Source: an uncultured Spirochaetota bacterium
GTDB lineage: Bacteria > Spirochaetota > Spirochaetia > SZUA-6 > Fen-1364
DNA: 64,000 nt
Direction of reading: 5' to 3'
Assembly: GCA_963781885.1 (NCBI GenBank)
Contig: CAWAHW010000001.1
Span: forward strand, 320,001-384,000
Under the pieces are notes generated by a model. That model had not been told where the DNA came from, searched no databases, and saw only the letters and a program-made list of their open reading frames with translations. Each line of letters begins with the position of its first letter. The stretch's first letter is position 1. Shown here piece by piece: positions 9,486 to 19,800 of this stretch. A program made the translations under genes and the position numbers.

Positions 9486-10752
9486 TGATCTGGTCCCGGT
9501 GGGGTCCGATGGAGACCCATTTCACCGGCGTGTGGATCCTTTTCTCCACGAAGAGCACGTAGTCACGCGCGTTCGGCGGCAGCTCGTCGAAGCTGCGCGC
9601 GGCGCGGATGTCCGTCTTCCAGCCCGGCAGCTCCTCGTAGACGGGCCGCGCCGCGCCGAGCAGACGCGACACGGGAAACTTCGTCGTCACAACGCCGTCC
9701 AGGTTGTAGCCGGTGCACACGGGTATCTTTTCCCGGTACCCCAGGACGTCGAGATTCGTGATGACCGCCTCGGTCGCTCCCTGCACCAGGCACCCGTACG
9801 CAGTGGCGACGCAGTCGAACCAGCCGACCCGGCGCGGCCTGCCCGTGGTGGCGCCGTACTCCCCGGCCGATCCACCAAGCTTGCGCAGCGTTTCTGCCTC
9901 ATCGCCCTGCAGCTCGGTCACGAAGGGCCCTGCGCCCACGCAGCTCGAATAAGCCTTGGTGACGGCAACGACGCGCGTGATGGCCCACGGCGGAATGCCC
10001 GCGCCGACCGCGGCGAAGCCCGCAAGCGGGGAAGAGGACGTGGGGTACGGATAGATGCCATGGTCGGGGTCCCGCAGGGTTCCCAGCTGCCCTTCCAGCA
10101 GGATCGTCTTGTCCGCCTCCAAAGCGTCGTTGAGAAGCGACGTCGTGTCGGTCACAAATGGGCGCAGCCTTTCGCGGAACACCGCGACCTGGGCGATGAT
10201 CTCGTCGACGGAAAGTGGTTTTTTCCCGTACAGCTTCTCCAGAAGGACATTCTTCTGCACGAGCGACTTGGCGAGGCGGTTGCGCATGAGCGGCTCGTCG
10301 AAAAGCTCGTTCACCTGCAGCCCGATCTTCAGGTACTTGTCCGCATAGAAGGGGGCGATGCCCGACTTCGTGGAGCCGAAGCTCTCCTTTCCCAGCCTCT
10401 CCTCTTCCAGTGAATCGAAAAGGATGTGGTGCGGAAGCAGGGCCTGGGCGCGCTCCGAGACCCGTATGTCCGGGCGCGGCACGCCGCGCTCCACCAGGGC
10501 GTCGATCTCCCCGAGGAGGCCCGTGACGTTGACCGCGACACCGGGCCCGAGCACGTTCACGGTTCCCTTGGAGAAAACCCCCGAGGGGAGGAGATGGAGA
10601 GCGAACTTGCCGTATTCGTTGATGATCGTGTGCCCGGCATTGTTGCCGCCCTGGTAGCGCACGACGTAGTCTGCCTGCGCGGCGAGGTAGTCGGTGATCT
10701 TCCCCTTGCCCTCGTCACCCCAGTTTGCTCCCACCACCGCGATCGCGGGCAT
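9475..10752 (-). CDS. purA: Adenylosuccinate synthetase
   Basis: WGDEGKGK, GGNNAGHT, EYGATTGRPRRVGWFD. Confidence 0.97.
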   Translation of the reverse strand: MPAIAVVGANWGDEGKGKITDYLAAQADYVVRYQGGNNAGHTIINEYGKFALHLLPSGVFSKGTVNVLGPGVAVNVTGLLGEIDALVERGVPRPDIRVSERAQALLPHHILFDSLEEERLGKESFGSTKSGIAPFYADKYLKIGLQVNELFDEPLMRNRLAKSLVQKNVLLEKLYGKKPLSVDEIIAQVAVFRERLRPFVTDTTSLLNDALEADKTILLEGQLGTLRDPDHGIYPYPTSSSPLAGFAAVGAGIPPWAITRVVAVTKAYSSCVGAGPFVTELQGDEAETLRKLGGSAGEYGATTGRPRRVGWFDCVATAYGCLVQGATEAVITNLDVLGYREKIPVCTGYNLDGVVTTKFPVSRLLGAARPVYEELPGWKTDIRAARSFDELPPNARDYVLFVEKRIHTPVKWVSIGPHRDQIIMR

Positions 10753-10778
10753 GCATTCTCCCTGTTGAATGAACGATT

Positions 10779-11714
10779 CTATTCGGGCGCGAGCCAGACG
10801 CCAAAGACCCAGCCGGCCGGCTCCTTGATCCGGTACCAGGGGGAGGTGTCCGCGCCGATGGTGAAGCTCTCCGTGGTCTGCTCTTCCACTTGCACCGTCT
10901 GTCCCTTCGTGAGCGTGGCGACCACTGCTCCTGACGTCTCATCCGGGGCGCTGCGCACATTCACGTTGTTGTCGGTCGCCACCATGGTCGCGACGAACGG
11001 TATCGTTTCGCGCGTCACGGCAGGGGCGGCGACCGCCGTGAGGGCATCCTCGACGCGCGTGATGAAAAGGAAGCTGGGATAGCTGCGTTGCGCCGACTGC
11101 AAAAGCGCCTTTTTCTGGTCGGGGCTCTTCGCGTTTGACGCGAGCTGGAGAAGAACGGTGCCCTGCGCGTCATCCGGTTTTGACGACAGGTCGTCTTCAT
11201 GCACGTACTGGTTCTGCGAGAGGACCCGGGCGGCGGGGTCGTACCAGGTGATCTTGGCAAAGGGAGCTGCCACGGATTCGCTGATCCGGGCAACGACGGT
11301 TGCCGAGGAAAGACTCTTCCCGGTTGCCGCAGCGTCCTTCGGCGCGCTGTAAATGATCACGCCGTCGGTTTTCACAACGGAAAGCACGCAGTTGGAGACG
11401 ACATAGTCTGCCAGGGCCCACCCGGTGACGCCTGAATCGCGCTTCACGTGGATGAAGTCGTACTGTCCGCTGGCAAGCGTGGCCTTCTGGGTGCCCCCGA
11501 CAAGCTGGAGCTTTTCCCCGAGCAGGAGACCGTCCAGCCATTTGGCGGCACCAGCGTTGATATCGTAGATGCCGAGATCGGCGCGGATCACGAAGGCGCT
11601 CTTTGCGTCTGCCGTGAGGGCGCCGGGTGCCGTCGAGACCGGAGGCGCCTTCTGGCAGGAGACAGCAAGCGCAACAAGGGCGAGAAGGGAGAATATCTTC
11701 ACGACACGACTCAT
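10779..11714 (-). CDS. SH3b-domain lipoprotein
   Basis: Lipobox LAVSC; C-terminal VNVRSAP...LTKGQ...WYRIKEPAGWVFG; a second SH3-like unit ending VTGWALADYV. Confidence 0.72.
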   Translation of the reverse strand: MSRVVKIFSLLALVALAVSCQKAPPVSTAPGALTADAKSAFVIRADLGIYDINAGAAKWLDGLLLGEKLQLVGGTQKATLASGQYDFIHVKRDSGVTGWALADYVVSNCVLSVVKTDGVIIYSAPKDAAATGKSLSSATVVARISESVAAPFAKITWYDPAARVLSQNQYVHEDDLSSKPDDAQGTVLLQLASNAKSPDQKKALLQSAQRSYPSFLFITRVEDALTAVAAPAVTRETIPFVATMVATDNNVNVRSAPDETSGAVVATLTKGQTVQVEEQTTESFTIGADTSPWYRIKEPAGWVFGVWLAPE

Positions 11715-11728
11715 CTTTCGCCTCCGCT

Positions 11729-11771
11729 CCTACTGTAGCGCACAGTAGGGCCAACGTCCTCACCCTGTCAA
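11729..11771 (-). promoter_or_regulatory. Promoter of the SH3 lipoprotein with an overlapping inverted repeat
   Basis: Minus-strand TTGACA (11771-11766), N18, TACTGT. Perfect IR CCTACTGT-N5-ACAGTAGG at 11729-11749. Confidence 0.45.
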
Positions 11772-11820
11772 GAAATGCGCGCCCGACCCGAAACGCGACG
11801 TGAGGGGCGGCTCTTTTCCG

Positions 11821-11849
11821 TTGCCAGTTCCACCATCGCGCGATACTAT
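11821..11849 (+). promoter_or_regulatory. sigma70-type promoter of the A2M-pbpC operon
   Basis: TTGCCA, N17, TACTAT. Confidence 0.55.
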
Positions 11850-11886
11850 GCCTACGGATTAAAAGGTTCACAAAAGGGGGAGATAC

Positions 11887-14800
11887 ATGCGCCGGTCAGC
11901 AGTCAGGGCCGTCATCTCGGTGCTTCTTCTTGCACTCATCGCCAGTTGTTCCCTCCAGAGGCCGATGCGGCGACCCGATCCCCAGGTCGTGGAAAAAGTC
12001 ACCGGCGGCCTCCTCTCCCGGTATGCGACGATACAGGTCACCTTTGCACACGCCGTGGCGGGTGACATCGGCACGCCGCTTGCAAGCTCCCCGTTCCGCT
12101 TCAATCCTCCGCTCAGGGGCGTCGCGCGTTGGGCGGATGAACGCACGCTGGAGTTCGTCCCCGCCGCCACGCTTTCCCCCGGACGGGCTTACAGGGTCGC
12201 GGTGGACCTGCCGAAGCTTGCAAGCTTCGATTTTGCCTTCACGGTCCTTGCTTCCCACTTCGAGGTCGCGCTGGGAAGCCTCGCTCTTGACGACGACAAG
12301 GACACGACCTACCACCTCGACGGCACCGTGACCACGGTGGACCGGGAGGAGCCCGCGGCCGTGGAGAAGCTCGTGAGCGCGCGCCTGGCAGGCAAGGCCC
12401 TTGCCGTGACCTGGCAGCACGGCAGCGATCCGCTCTTACACGGCTTCCGCGTCACGGGCATCGCGCGCGCCAGCCGCGCGCAGACGGTGGCCGTGTCATG
12501 GTCGGGTCGCTCCATCGCCAGCCGGGCCGCCGGTCGGCGCGTGCTCGCCGTGCCCGCGCGCGGCGTCTTTGAAGTGATGGGGGTGCGCGCCGTGCAGGCC
12601 GACCAGCGCTTCATCGAGGTGAGCTTCTCCTCCAGCCTGAAGCCGTCTCAGACCCTCGACGGCCTCCTGCGGGTCACGGGCCGCACCGACGTGCGCACAT
12701 CGGTGGACAACAACATCGTCCGGCTCTACGCGCAGTCTCCCTGGAAGCAGTCGGAGACGGTGACCGTGGACCCCGGCGTGCAGAGCGCCGATTCCTCCAA
12801 TCTCACGCACCTGGTGGCGCAGAACGTCGCCTTCCAGGACCAGCTTCCGCAGGTGCGTTTCGCCGGCACCGGGGTGATCGTGCCCACGACCCAGGGAACC
12901 ACGGTGCCCATCGAGACGATGAACCTGAGCGCCGTGATCGTGGAGGCGTTCCAGATATTCGGCGACAACATGACGCAGTTCCTCCAGGTGAACACGCTGG
13001 CGGACTCCAACGAGCTCTACAGGGTCGGCAAGGTGGTGTGGCGCCAGGTGGTGCCCCTGAACTTCACCGACGACCAGAAGAACACGTGGGTCCGGCACGG
13101 CCTGGACCTGAGCGCGCTCATCAAGAATCACCCCGACGGCATGTTCCAGATCCGCGTCTCCTTCCGCCAGCCCCACATCGTGTGGAACTGGGGGGACAAG
13201 CCGCAGCCGGCGGCGCTGGATTATTCGAAGATGCCGTTGGTCATTGACGACCCCAACGTGTCGCAGGCAAGCTACTGGGACTACTGGGAGCAGGACTACA
13301 GCTCCAGCGACTACGACAACAGGAACGACCCGACGAGCGGCGCGTACTACAAGCCGTGGGAGGGGGAAGAGAACAAGTCCCTCGCGGTGCGCAACGTGCT
13401 CGTCTCCAATATCGGGCTGATCGCCAAGATGGAGCCGGCCGGGGCGCTGTACGTCCTGTCGGCGGACCTTCGCACCGCCCAGCCCCTGAGCGGCGTGAAG
13501 ATCACCCTGCAGTCCTTCCAGCGGCACCCCATTGCCGCGGGTCTCACCGACAAGCAGGGATCGGTGAAGTTCACCGGCATCGAGGCCCCCTCCTTCATCG
13601 TTGCCGAGCGTGCGGGGCAGTTCGGGTGGCTGAAGCTGGACGGCACCTCGGCGCTCGTCACCAGCCAGTTCGATACGAGCGGTGAGACCGTGCAGGCGGG
13701 CGTCAAAGGCTTCCTCTATGGAGAGCGCGGCGTCTGGCGGCCCGGGGACCCCATCTATCTCTCCTTCATCCTCACCGATCCGCTGAAGACCCTTCCGGCC
13801 GATCACCCGGTGACGCTGGAGATGCGCGATCCGCGCGGCCAGCTCGTCTCCCGCAGCGTGACCACGACGAACGTGGACGGCTTTTACGCCTTCACCACCG
13901 GCACGGCGGCCGATGCGCCGACCGGGAGCTGGGAGGCGCGCGTGAAGGTAGGCGACCGCACCTTCTCGCGGAACATCAGCGTGGAAAGCATCATGCCCAA
14001 CCGGATCAAGATGGAGTTCGACGTGCCACCGGCCACCGGGCCGATATCGGACGGCGCCTTCGCCGCCGACCTGCAGGCCGACTGGCTCTATGGCGCGCCG
14101 GCGGCAAATCTGGAAGCGAAGATCGGGCTCCGCCTCTCCCCGACGCCCACGGTGTTTCCGGCCTATTCGGATTTCATCTTCGACGATCCCTCGCGGCAGT
14201 TCTCCACGGGGGACCAGGACCTCTTCGACGGCCAGACCGATGAGACGGGCAAGGCGACCGTCTCCGGCTCCATCAACGTGGAGGGCCAGGCGCCGGGCAA
14301 GCTCTCCGCGTCCTTCCTCGTGCGCGTGATCGAGCCCAGCGGCGCCTTCAGCTCCGAGCAGTTCAGCCGGGAGCTCAGCCCGTACAGCCAGTACGTCGGC
14401 ATCCGGGTGCCCAAGGGGGACGCCGCGCGCGGCATGCTTCTGGTGGACACCGACCAGGCGGTGCGCATTGTGCTGGTCGACCCGAATGGCGCGCCCGTGA
14501 AATCGGGCACCGCGCATGCGGAGATCTACAAGATCAACTGGCGCTGGTGGTGGGAAAAGGGAGAGGAGACACAGGTCGATTTCGATTCTTCCGAATCCCG
14601 CACGCCGCTTCAAAGCGCGAACGTGCCGATCAGCAACGGCCAGGGTGAATGGAAGTTCCAGATCAAGTATCCCGACTGGGGCCGCTACCTCATCCGCGTG
14701 ACCGACCTGAAGGGCGGGCACAGCACGGGCAAGGTGGTCTACATCGACTGGCCCGGCTGGGCCGGGCGCGCCACGGAGGGGAAGATCGGCGCCTCCATGC

Positions 14801-17385
14801 TCACCCTTTCCGCGGACAAGCCGTCCTACAAGGTCGGCGAGCCGGTCACGGTGACCTTCCCGTCCAACGCGGACAGCCGCGCCCTGGTGACGCTGGAAGA
14901 GGGAGGCCGCGTGCTGAAGCAGGAGTGGGTGGCGCCGTCAAAGGACATCACGCGGTACAGCTTTGCCGCAACCCCCGACATGGCGCCGAACATCTACGTG
15001 CACGTCACCTTCATCCAGCCGCACCTGCAGACCGCCAACGACCTGCCGATCAGGCTCTACGGGGTCGTGCCCATCAACGTGGAGGACCCCAGCACGCATC
15101 TCACGCCGGTGGTCACGTCCGCCGACACGTTCAAACCCGGGCAGAAGGCAACGATCAACGTGAAAGAGGCGGCGGGACGCGAAATGACCTACACGCTGGC
15201 CATCGTGGACGAGGGGCTCCTCCGGCTCAATCGCTACGAAACGCCGGATCCATGGAACGTGTTCTACCGAAAGGAAGCCTCTCTCCTCGTGAACTGGGAT
15301 CTCTACGACCTGGTTGCCGGCGCCTTCTCGGGACAGCTGGACAGCCTGCTTGCCATTGGCGGCGGCGAGGACCAGTTCCCCGAGGGCGAGCGCAAGGCGA
15401 ACAGGTTCCCGCCCCTGGTGCGTTTCGTCGGCCCGGTATCGCTGAAAAAGGGAGCGACGAACACCCACACCATCGACATTCCCCAGTACATCGGCGCGGT
15501 GCGCCTCATGGTCGTGGCAGCCCATGCGGGCGCCTACGGTGCGGCGGAGCGCTCGGTGACGGTGAAGAGCGACCTGATGCTGCTGCCTACCCTGCCGCGC
15601 GTCCTGAGCGTCGGTGAGACGGCCGATTTCCCGGTGACGGTGATCAGCGGCAAGGCCGACATGAAGACGGCGAATGTCACGGTGACGGTCACGGGGCCGG
15701 TCACGGTGGTGGGAAGCCCCACGCAGAGTTTGAGCTTTGCCGGGGCGGAAGAGAAGATCGCCCGCTTCCAGTTGAAGGTCGGCAACGCGGTGGGCACGGC
15801 CACCGTCAACGTGAGCGCCGCGGGCTCCGGCGCCCAGGCCGCGGCGAGCACGGAGATCAACGTGCGGCTGCCGGCCACGCGGCAGACACGGGTCACCTCT
15901 GCGACGATCCAGCAGGGCAAGACCTGGCAGGGGGACCTCTCCATGATCGGCTACCCGGGCACGAACGGATTGCAGCTCGAAGTCTCGCGGCTGCCACCCA
16001 TGGACCTGGGAAAGAACCTCGATTACCTCATCCAGTATCCGCACGGATGCATCGAGCAGACCACGAGCTCCGTTTTCCCCCAGCTCTATCTCGACAAGCT
16101 CGTGCAGCTCTCCGCCGACGAGGCAGCCCAGACGCAGAAGAACGTGGACGCGGGCATCAAGAGGCTCACGTGGTTCCAGACGTCGTCGGGCGGCTTCACC
16201 TTCTGGCCCGGCTACGGAGAGGCCGATGACTGGGGAACGACCTATGCGGGGCACTTCCTCCTTGAGGCGCAGAAGCGCGGCTACGCGCTTCCTCCCGACA
16301 TGCTTTCCAAGTGGGCGGATTTCCAGAAGCAGCGTGCCGATGCATGGACGTCCGACTCTGCGGGTGCCGCCGTCCAGCAGGCCTATCGGCTCTACACCCT
16401 TGCACTCGACGGCGAGGCGGACCTGGGTGCGATGAACAGGCTGCGCGAGATGAACGGCCTTCCCGACATCGCGCGCTGGAGGCTCGCGGCGGCCTACCAG
16501 CTTGCGGGCCAGAAGGACGAGGCGCTGCGTCAGGTGCAGTCCCTCGGCGTCAACGTCTCGCGCTATCGCGAGATGTCCTTCACGTACGGCTCGGACCTCC
16601 GTGACCGGGCAATGATCCTCGAGTCCATGGTGATACTGGGGCTCATGGACAAGGCGCAGGGGCTTGCCACCACCGTCTCGCAGCAGCTTGCGAGCACCGA
16701 TCCTTATGCCACACAGACGACCGCCTATGCGCTCCTTGGTCTCACGCAGTACGCGCTGGGCTCGGGTCCCGTCTCGCCGCTCGCCTTCAGCTACTCGTGG
16801 GCGGATGGCGCGTCGAAGGCGGTGACGGGTGCCACGCCGATCGTCAAGGAGAACGTGGCCCTGGGCCCTGCGACAAAGGGCAGGCTCACGATCACCAATA
16901 CGGGCCAGACGCCGCTCTTTACGCGCGTCATCCTCCAGGGCGTGCCGCCCCTGGGAACGGAAAAGGCCGACTCCAACGGTCTTTCCCTCCAGGTGGCCTA
17001 CACCAGCGGAGGTGAGGAGGTCGATCCGTCCACGCTGCCGCCCGGAGCCGATCTTGCCGTGGAGGTGAACGTCACCAACACGTCGCGCAGCAACGACTAC
17101 CAGCAGATCGCCCTCAGCTACCTGCTGCCGGGAAGCTGGGAGGTGACGGCCGCGCGCGTGCTCCCCGACCAGAAGGACGCCGCGACCTCCTATGACTACC
17201 AGGACATCCGCGACGACAGGATCCTCACGTACTTCAGCGTGAAGCACGGCCAGAGCAAGGTGTTCCGCTTCGACCTGACGGTCGCCTACTCGGGCAAGTT
17301 CTACATGCCGGCCGTCTCCGTCGAGGCCATGTACGACGCGACGGTGCATGCAACGGTACCGGGGACCTGGCTGAGCGGGCAGTGA
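11887..17385 (+). CDS. Bacterial alpha-2-macroglobulin lipoprotein
   Basis: 1832 aa; lipobox LIASC; ERGVWRPGD (MG2); thioester motif YPHGCIEQTTS; DIRDDR; VEAMYD. Confidence 0.95.
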   Translation: MRRSAVRAVISVLLLALIASCSLQRPMRRPDPQVVEKVTGGLLSRYATIQVTFAHAVAGDIGTPLASSPFRFNPPLRGVARWADERTLEFVPAATLSPGRAYRVAVDLPKLASFDFAFTVLASHFEVALGSLALDDDKDTTYHLDGTVTTVDREEPAAVEKLVSARLAGKALAVTWQHGSDPLLHGFRVTGIARASRAQTVAVSWSGRSIASRAAGRRVLAVPARGVFEVMGVRAVQADQRFIEVSFSSSLKPSQTLDGLLRVTGRTDVRTSVDNNIVRLYAQSPWKQSETVTVDPGVQSADSSNLTHLVAQNVAFQDQLPQVRFAGTGVIVPTTQGTTVPIETMNLSAVIVEAFQIFGDNMTQFLQVNTLADSNELYRVGKVVWRQVVPLNFTDDQKNTWVRHGLDLSALIKNHPDGMFQIRVSFRQPHIVWNWGDKPQPAALDYSKMPLVIDDPNVSQASYWDYWEQDYSSSDYDNRNDPTSGAYYKPWEGEENKSLAVRNVLVSNIGLIAKMEPAGALYVLSADLRTAQPLSGVKITLQSFQRHPIAAGLTDKQGSVKFTGIEAPSFIVAERAGQFGWLKLDGTSALVTSQFDTSGETVQAGVKGFLYGERGVWRPGDPIYLSFILTDPLKTLPADHPVTLEMRDPRGQLVSRSVTTTNVDGFYAFTTGTAADAPTGSWEARVKVGDRTFSRNISVESIMPNRIKMEFDVPPATGPISDGAFAADLQADWLYGAPAANLEAKIGLRLSPTPTVFPAYSDFIFDDPSRQFSTGDQDLFDGQTDETGKATVSGSINVEGQAPGKLSASFLVRVIEPSGAFSSEQFSRELSPYSQYVGIRVPKGDAARGMLLVDTDQAVRIVLVDPNGAPVKSGTAHAEIYKINWRWWWEKGEETQVDFDSSESRTPLQSANVPISNGQGEWKFQIKYPDWGRYLIRVTDLKGGHSTGKVVYIDWPGWAGRATEGKIGASMLTLSADKPSYKVGEPVTVTFPSNADSRALVTLEEGGRVLKQEWVAPSKDITRYSFAATPDMAPNIYVHVTFIQPHLQTANDLPIRLYGVVPINVEDPSTHLTPVVTSADTFKPGQKATINVKEAAGREMTYTLAIVDEGLLRLNRYETPDPWNVFYRKEASLLVNWDLYDLVAGAFSGQLDSLLAIGGGEDQFPEGERKANRFPPLVRFVGPVSLKKGATNTHTIDIPQYIGAVRLMVVAAHAGAYGAAERSVTVKSDLMLLPTLPRVLSVGETADFPVTVISGKADMKTANVTVTVTGPVTVVGSPTQSLSFAGAEEKIARFQLKVGNAVGTATVNVSAAGSGAQAAASTEINVRLPATRQTRVTSATIQQGKTWQGDLSMIGYPGTNGLQLEVSRLPPMDLGKNLDYLIQYPHGCIEQTTSSVFPQLYLDKLVQLSADEAAQTQKNVDAGIKRLTWFQTSSGGFTFWPGYGEADDWGTTYAGHFLLEAQKRGYALPPDMLSKWADFQKQRADAWTSDSAGAAVQQAYRLYTLALDGEADLGAMNRLREMNGLPDIARWRLAAAYQLAGQKDEALRQVQSLGVNVSRYREMSFTYGSDLRDRAMILESMVILGLMDKAQGLATTVSQQLASTDPYATQTTAYALLGLTQYALGSGPVSPLAFSYSWADGASKAVTGATPIVKENVALGPATKGRLTITNTGQTPLFTRVILQGVPPLGTEKADSNGLSLQVAYTSGGEEVDPSTLPPGADLAVEVNVTNTSRSNDYQQIALSYLLPGSWEVTAARVLPDQKDAATSYDYQDIRDDRILTYFSVKHGQSKVFRFDLTVAYSGKFYMPAVSVEAMYDATVHATVPGTWLSGQ

Positions 17386-19790
17386 GATTCTTGCAGCGGG
17401 CGGGGCATCTCCTCGCCCGCATTCCTTCCCGCCGCGCGCTCCTGGTGGCGGGTTTCCTGCCGACGCTGGCGGTCCTGATTCTCTTCTGGTTCTCCCTGCC
17501 GGCGCGCCTTTTTTCTCCCCCGTGGTCCACGGTGCTGCTGGACCGCGACGGGCGCCTGCTCAGCGCCTCCATTGCAAGCGACGGCCAGTGGAGGTTTCCC
17601 GGTGACGGGGAGATTCCCCCTCGATTCGTCACGGCCCTGGTGACCTGGGAGGACAAGAGATTCTTCCATCACCCGGGCATCGACCCTGCCGCCCTGGCGC
17701 GCGCCGTGGCAAGCGACATCAGGGCAGGCCACGTCGTGAGCGGCGGCAGCACGCTCTCCATGCAGGTGATCAGGCTTTCCCGGCAGGGCAGACCGCGCAC
17801 GCTGGCGGAGAAGGCCGTGGAGGCGGTGCTCGCCCTGCGCCTGGAGATGCGGTATACGAAAAGCCAGATCCTGCGTCTCTTCGCGTCGAACGCCCCGTTC
17901 GGTGGAAACGTCGTGGGCTTCGAGGCGGCCTCCTGGCGCTGGTTCGGCCGGGAGGCCGGCAGCCTGTCGTGGGCGGAGTGCGCCCTCCTTGCCGTGCTTC
18001 CCAACAGCCCCGGCCTCGTGCATCCCGGGCGCAACCGGGACACGCTCCTTGCAAAGCGGGACAGGCTCCTTTCGACGCTCCACGACGACGGCTTCATCGA
18101 CGAGGCGACGCTTCACCTCGCGCTTGCCGAGCCGCTGCCTCCCCAGCCCTTCCCGCTGCCCCGTCTTGCGCCGCACCTGCTGGACCGCGCCCGCGTGGAG
18201 CTCGCCTCCGCCAGGGAGACCGGCGCCCGTATCCGCACGACGCTCGACTATGGCATCCAGGGCGGGGTCAACAACATCCTCCAGCTCCAGGCAGGGCCGT
18301 GGAAGGAGAGCGGCATCAACTCCGCGGCGGTGCTCGTGCTCGACGTGGACACGGGCTCCGTGCTTGCGTACGCCGGCAACATCCCCACGCAGACCGAGGA
18401 GCCGCAAGGCGCCCAGGTGGACGTCGTGACGTCCCCCCGGAGCACGGGCAGCATCCTCAAGCCCTTCCTCTATGCCTCGATGCTCGATGACGGCGAGCTC
18501 CTCCCCGACCAGATCGTCTCCGACATCCCGACGCGGATCGGAGGATTCGAGCCGGAGAACAGCAGCAAGAGCTACTCCGGCGCGGTGCCGGCGAGCGAGG
18601 CGCTGGCGCGTTCGCTGAATGTTCCCGCCGTCCGCGAGCTCAGGTCCTACGGCCAGGAGAGGTTCTACAATGTGCTGAAGTCCCTGGGCATGACCACGTT
18701 GTTCCGTCCCGCCTCCGACTACGGCCTCACGCTCATCCTTGGTGGAGCCGAGGGAACGCTCTGGGACATCACCGGCATGTACGCGGGAATGGCCCGCAGC
18801 GCCAAGCGCCTTCCCGGGCAGGGCTCCGGCGGGGAGGGCGCATTCTTCGCGCCGCATTACCTTGCAGCGGCGCGCGCCCGTCCACCTGCCCAGCAGGGCG
18901 CCATCGGACCGGGGGCGTGCTGGCTTGCGCTCCAGGCTCTTCTTGAAGTCGAACGACCGGGCGAGGAAGGCGCGTGGCGGGACTACATCGGGTCGCGGAA
19001 GATCGCGTGGAAGACCGGCACCAGCTATGGCAACCGCGATGCCTGGGCGGTCGGCGTCAGCTCCCGGTACGCCGTGGGCGTCTGGGTCGGCAATGCGACG
19101 GGCGAAGGCACCGCGGACCTGCGCGGCTCCTTTGCCGCGGCACCCGTGCTCTTCGACGTCTTCGGCATGCTCCCCGACAGCGGCTGGTTTCCCATGCCGG
19201 AGTCCGACCTCGTGCAGGTGACGGTCTGCGCGAAAAGCGGCATGCGCGCCAGCGACAACTGCGAGGACACCCGCACCGTCTGGGCGCCGCCGGCCGCCGC
19301 GAACTCCGAGGTCTGCGGCTTCTGCCGGCTCGTGCACCTGGACGCCACGGGCCGCTACCGCGCGAGCACGCTGACGGAACCGGTGGCATCGCTCAGGACG
19401 GTGAAATGGTTTGTGCTGCCGCCCGCCATGGAATGGTTCTACGCGCGGTCCCATTCCGACTACAAGATGCTCCCGCCGTGGAAGCCCGGCTCGGAAGACC
19501 CTTCGCAGCGGCGCGTGTCGCCGAACATGAGCCTCATCTTCCCCGAGCAGGGCGGACGGATCTATGTCCCCATCGACCTGGACGGAAAGCCGGGAAAGAC
19601 GATATTCCGCGCGACGCACCGGAACATCCACGCCACGATATTCTGGCACATGGACGGGGAGTATCTAGGCGAGACGACGGAGATACACGACATGGAGGCG
19701 CGCCCCGGGCCGGGCGAGCACACGCTCACGCTCGTCGACGACCGCGGCGAGGAGTACGTGCGGACATTTACGTGCCTGTCGGAAAAATGA
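17382..19790 (+). CDS. pbpC: Penicillin-binding protein 1C
   Basis: EDKRFFHHPGID, GGSTLSMQ, STGSILKPF (SxxK), SLN, KTGTS; canonical pairing with A2M. Confidence 0.95.
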   Translation: MRFLQRAGHLLARIPSRRALLVAGFLPTLAVLILFWFSLPARLFSPPWSTVLLDRDGRLLSASIASDGQWRFPGDGEIPPRFVTALVTWEDKRFFHHPGIDPAALARAVASDIRAGHVVSGGSTLSMQVIRLSRQGRPRTLAEKAVEAVLALRLEMRYTKSQILRLFASNAPFGGNVVGFEAASWRWFGREAGSLSWAECALLAVLPNSPGLVHPGRNRDTLLAKRDRLLSTLHDDGFIDEATLHLALAEPLPPQPFPLPRLAPHLLDRARVELASARETGARIRTTLDYGIQGGVNNILQLQAGPWKESGINSAAVLVLDVDTGSVLAYAGNIPTQTEEPQGAQVDVVTSPRSTGSILKPFLYASMLDDGELLPDQIVSDIPTRIGGFEPENSSKSYSGAVPASEALARSLNVPAVRELRSYGQERFYNVLKSLGMTTLFRPASDYGLTLILGGAEGTLWDITGMYAGMARSAKRLPGQGSGGEGAFFAPHYLAAARARPPAQQGAIGPGACWLALQALLEVERPGEEGAWRDYIGSRKIAWKTGTSYGNRDAWAVGVSSRYAVGVWVGNATGEGTADLRGSFAAAPVLFDVFGMLPDSGWFPMPESDLVQVTVCAKSGMRASDNCEDTRTVWAPPAAANSEVCGFCRLVHLDATGRYRASTLTEPVASLRTVKWFVLPPAMEWFYARSHSDYKMLPPWKPGSEDPSQRRVSPNMSLIFPEQGGRIYVPIDLDGKPGKTIFRATHRNIHATIFWHMDGEYLGETTEIHDMEARPGPGEHTLTLVDDRGEEYVRTFTCLSEK

Positions 19791-19800
19791 AGGAGACACC

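Noticed and set aside
12496-19649. Three very long minus-strand ORFs (741, 803 and 782 aa)
   Set aside because: Antisense mirrors of A2M and pbpC with Arg/Gly/Ala-rich, motif-free translations.
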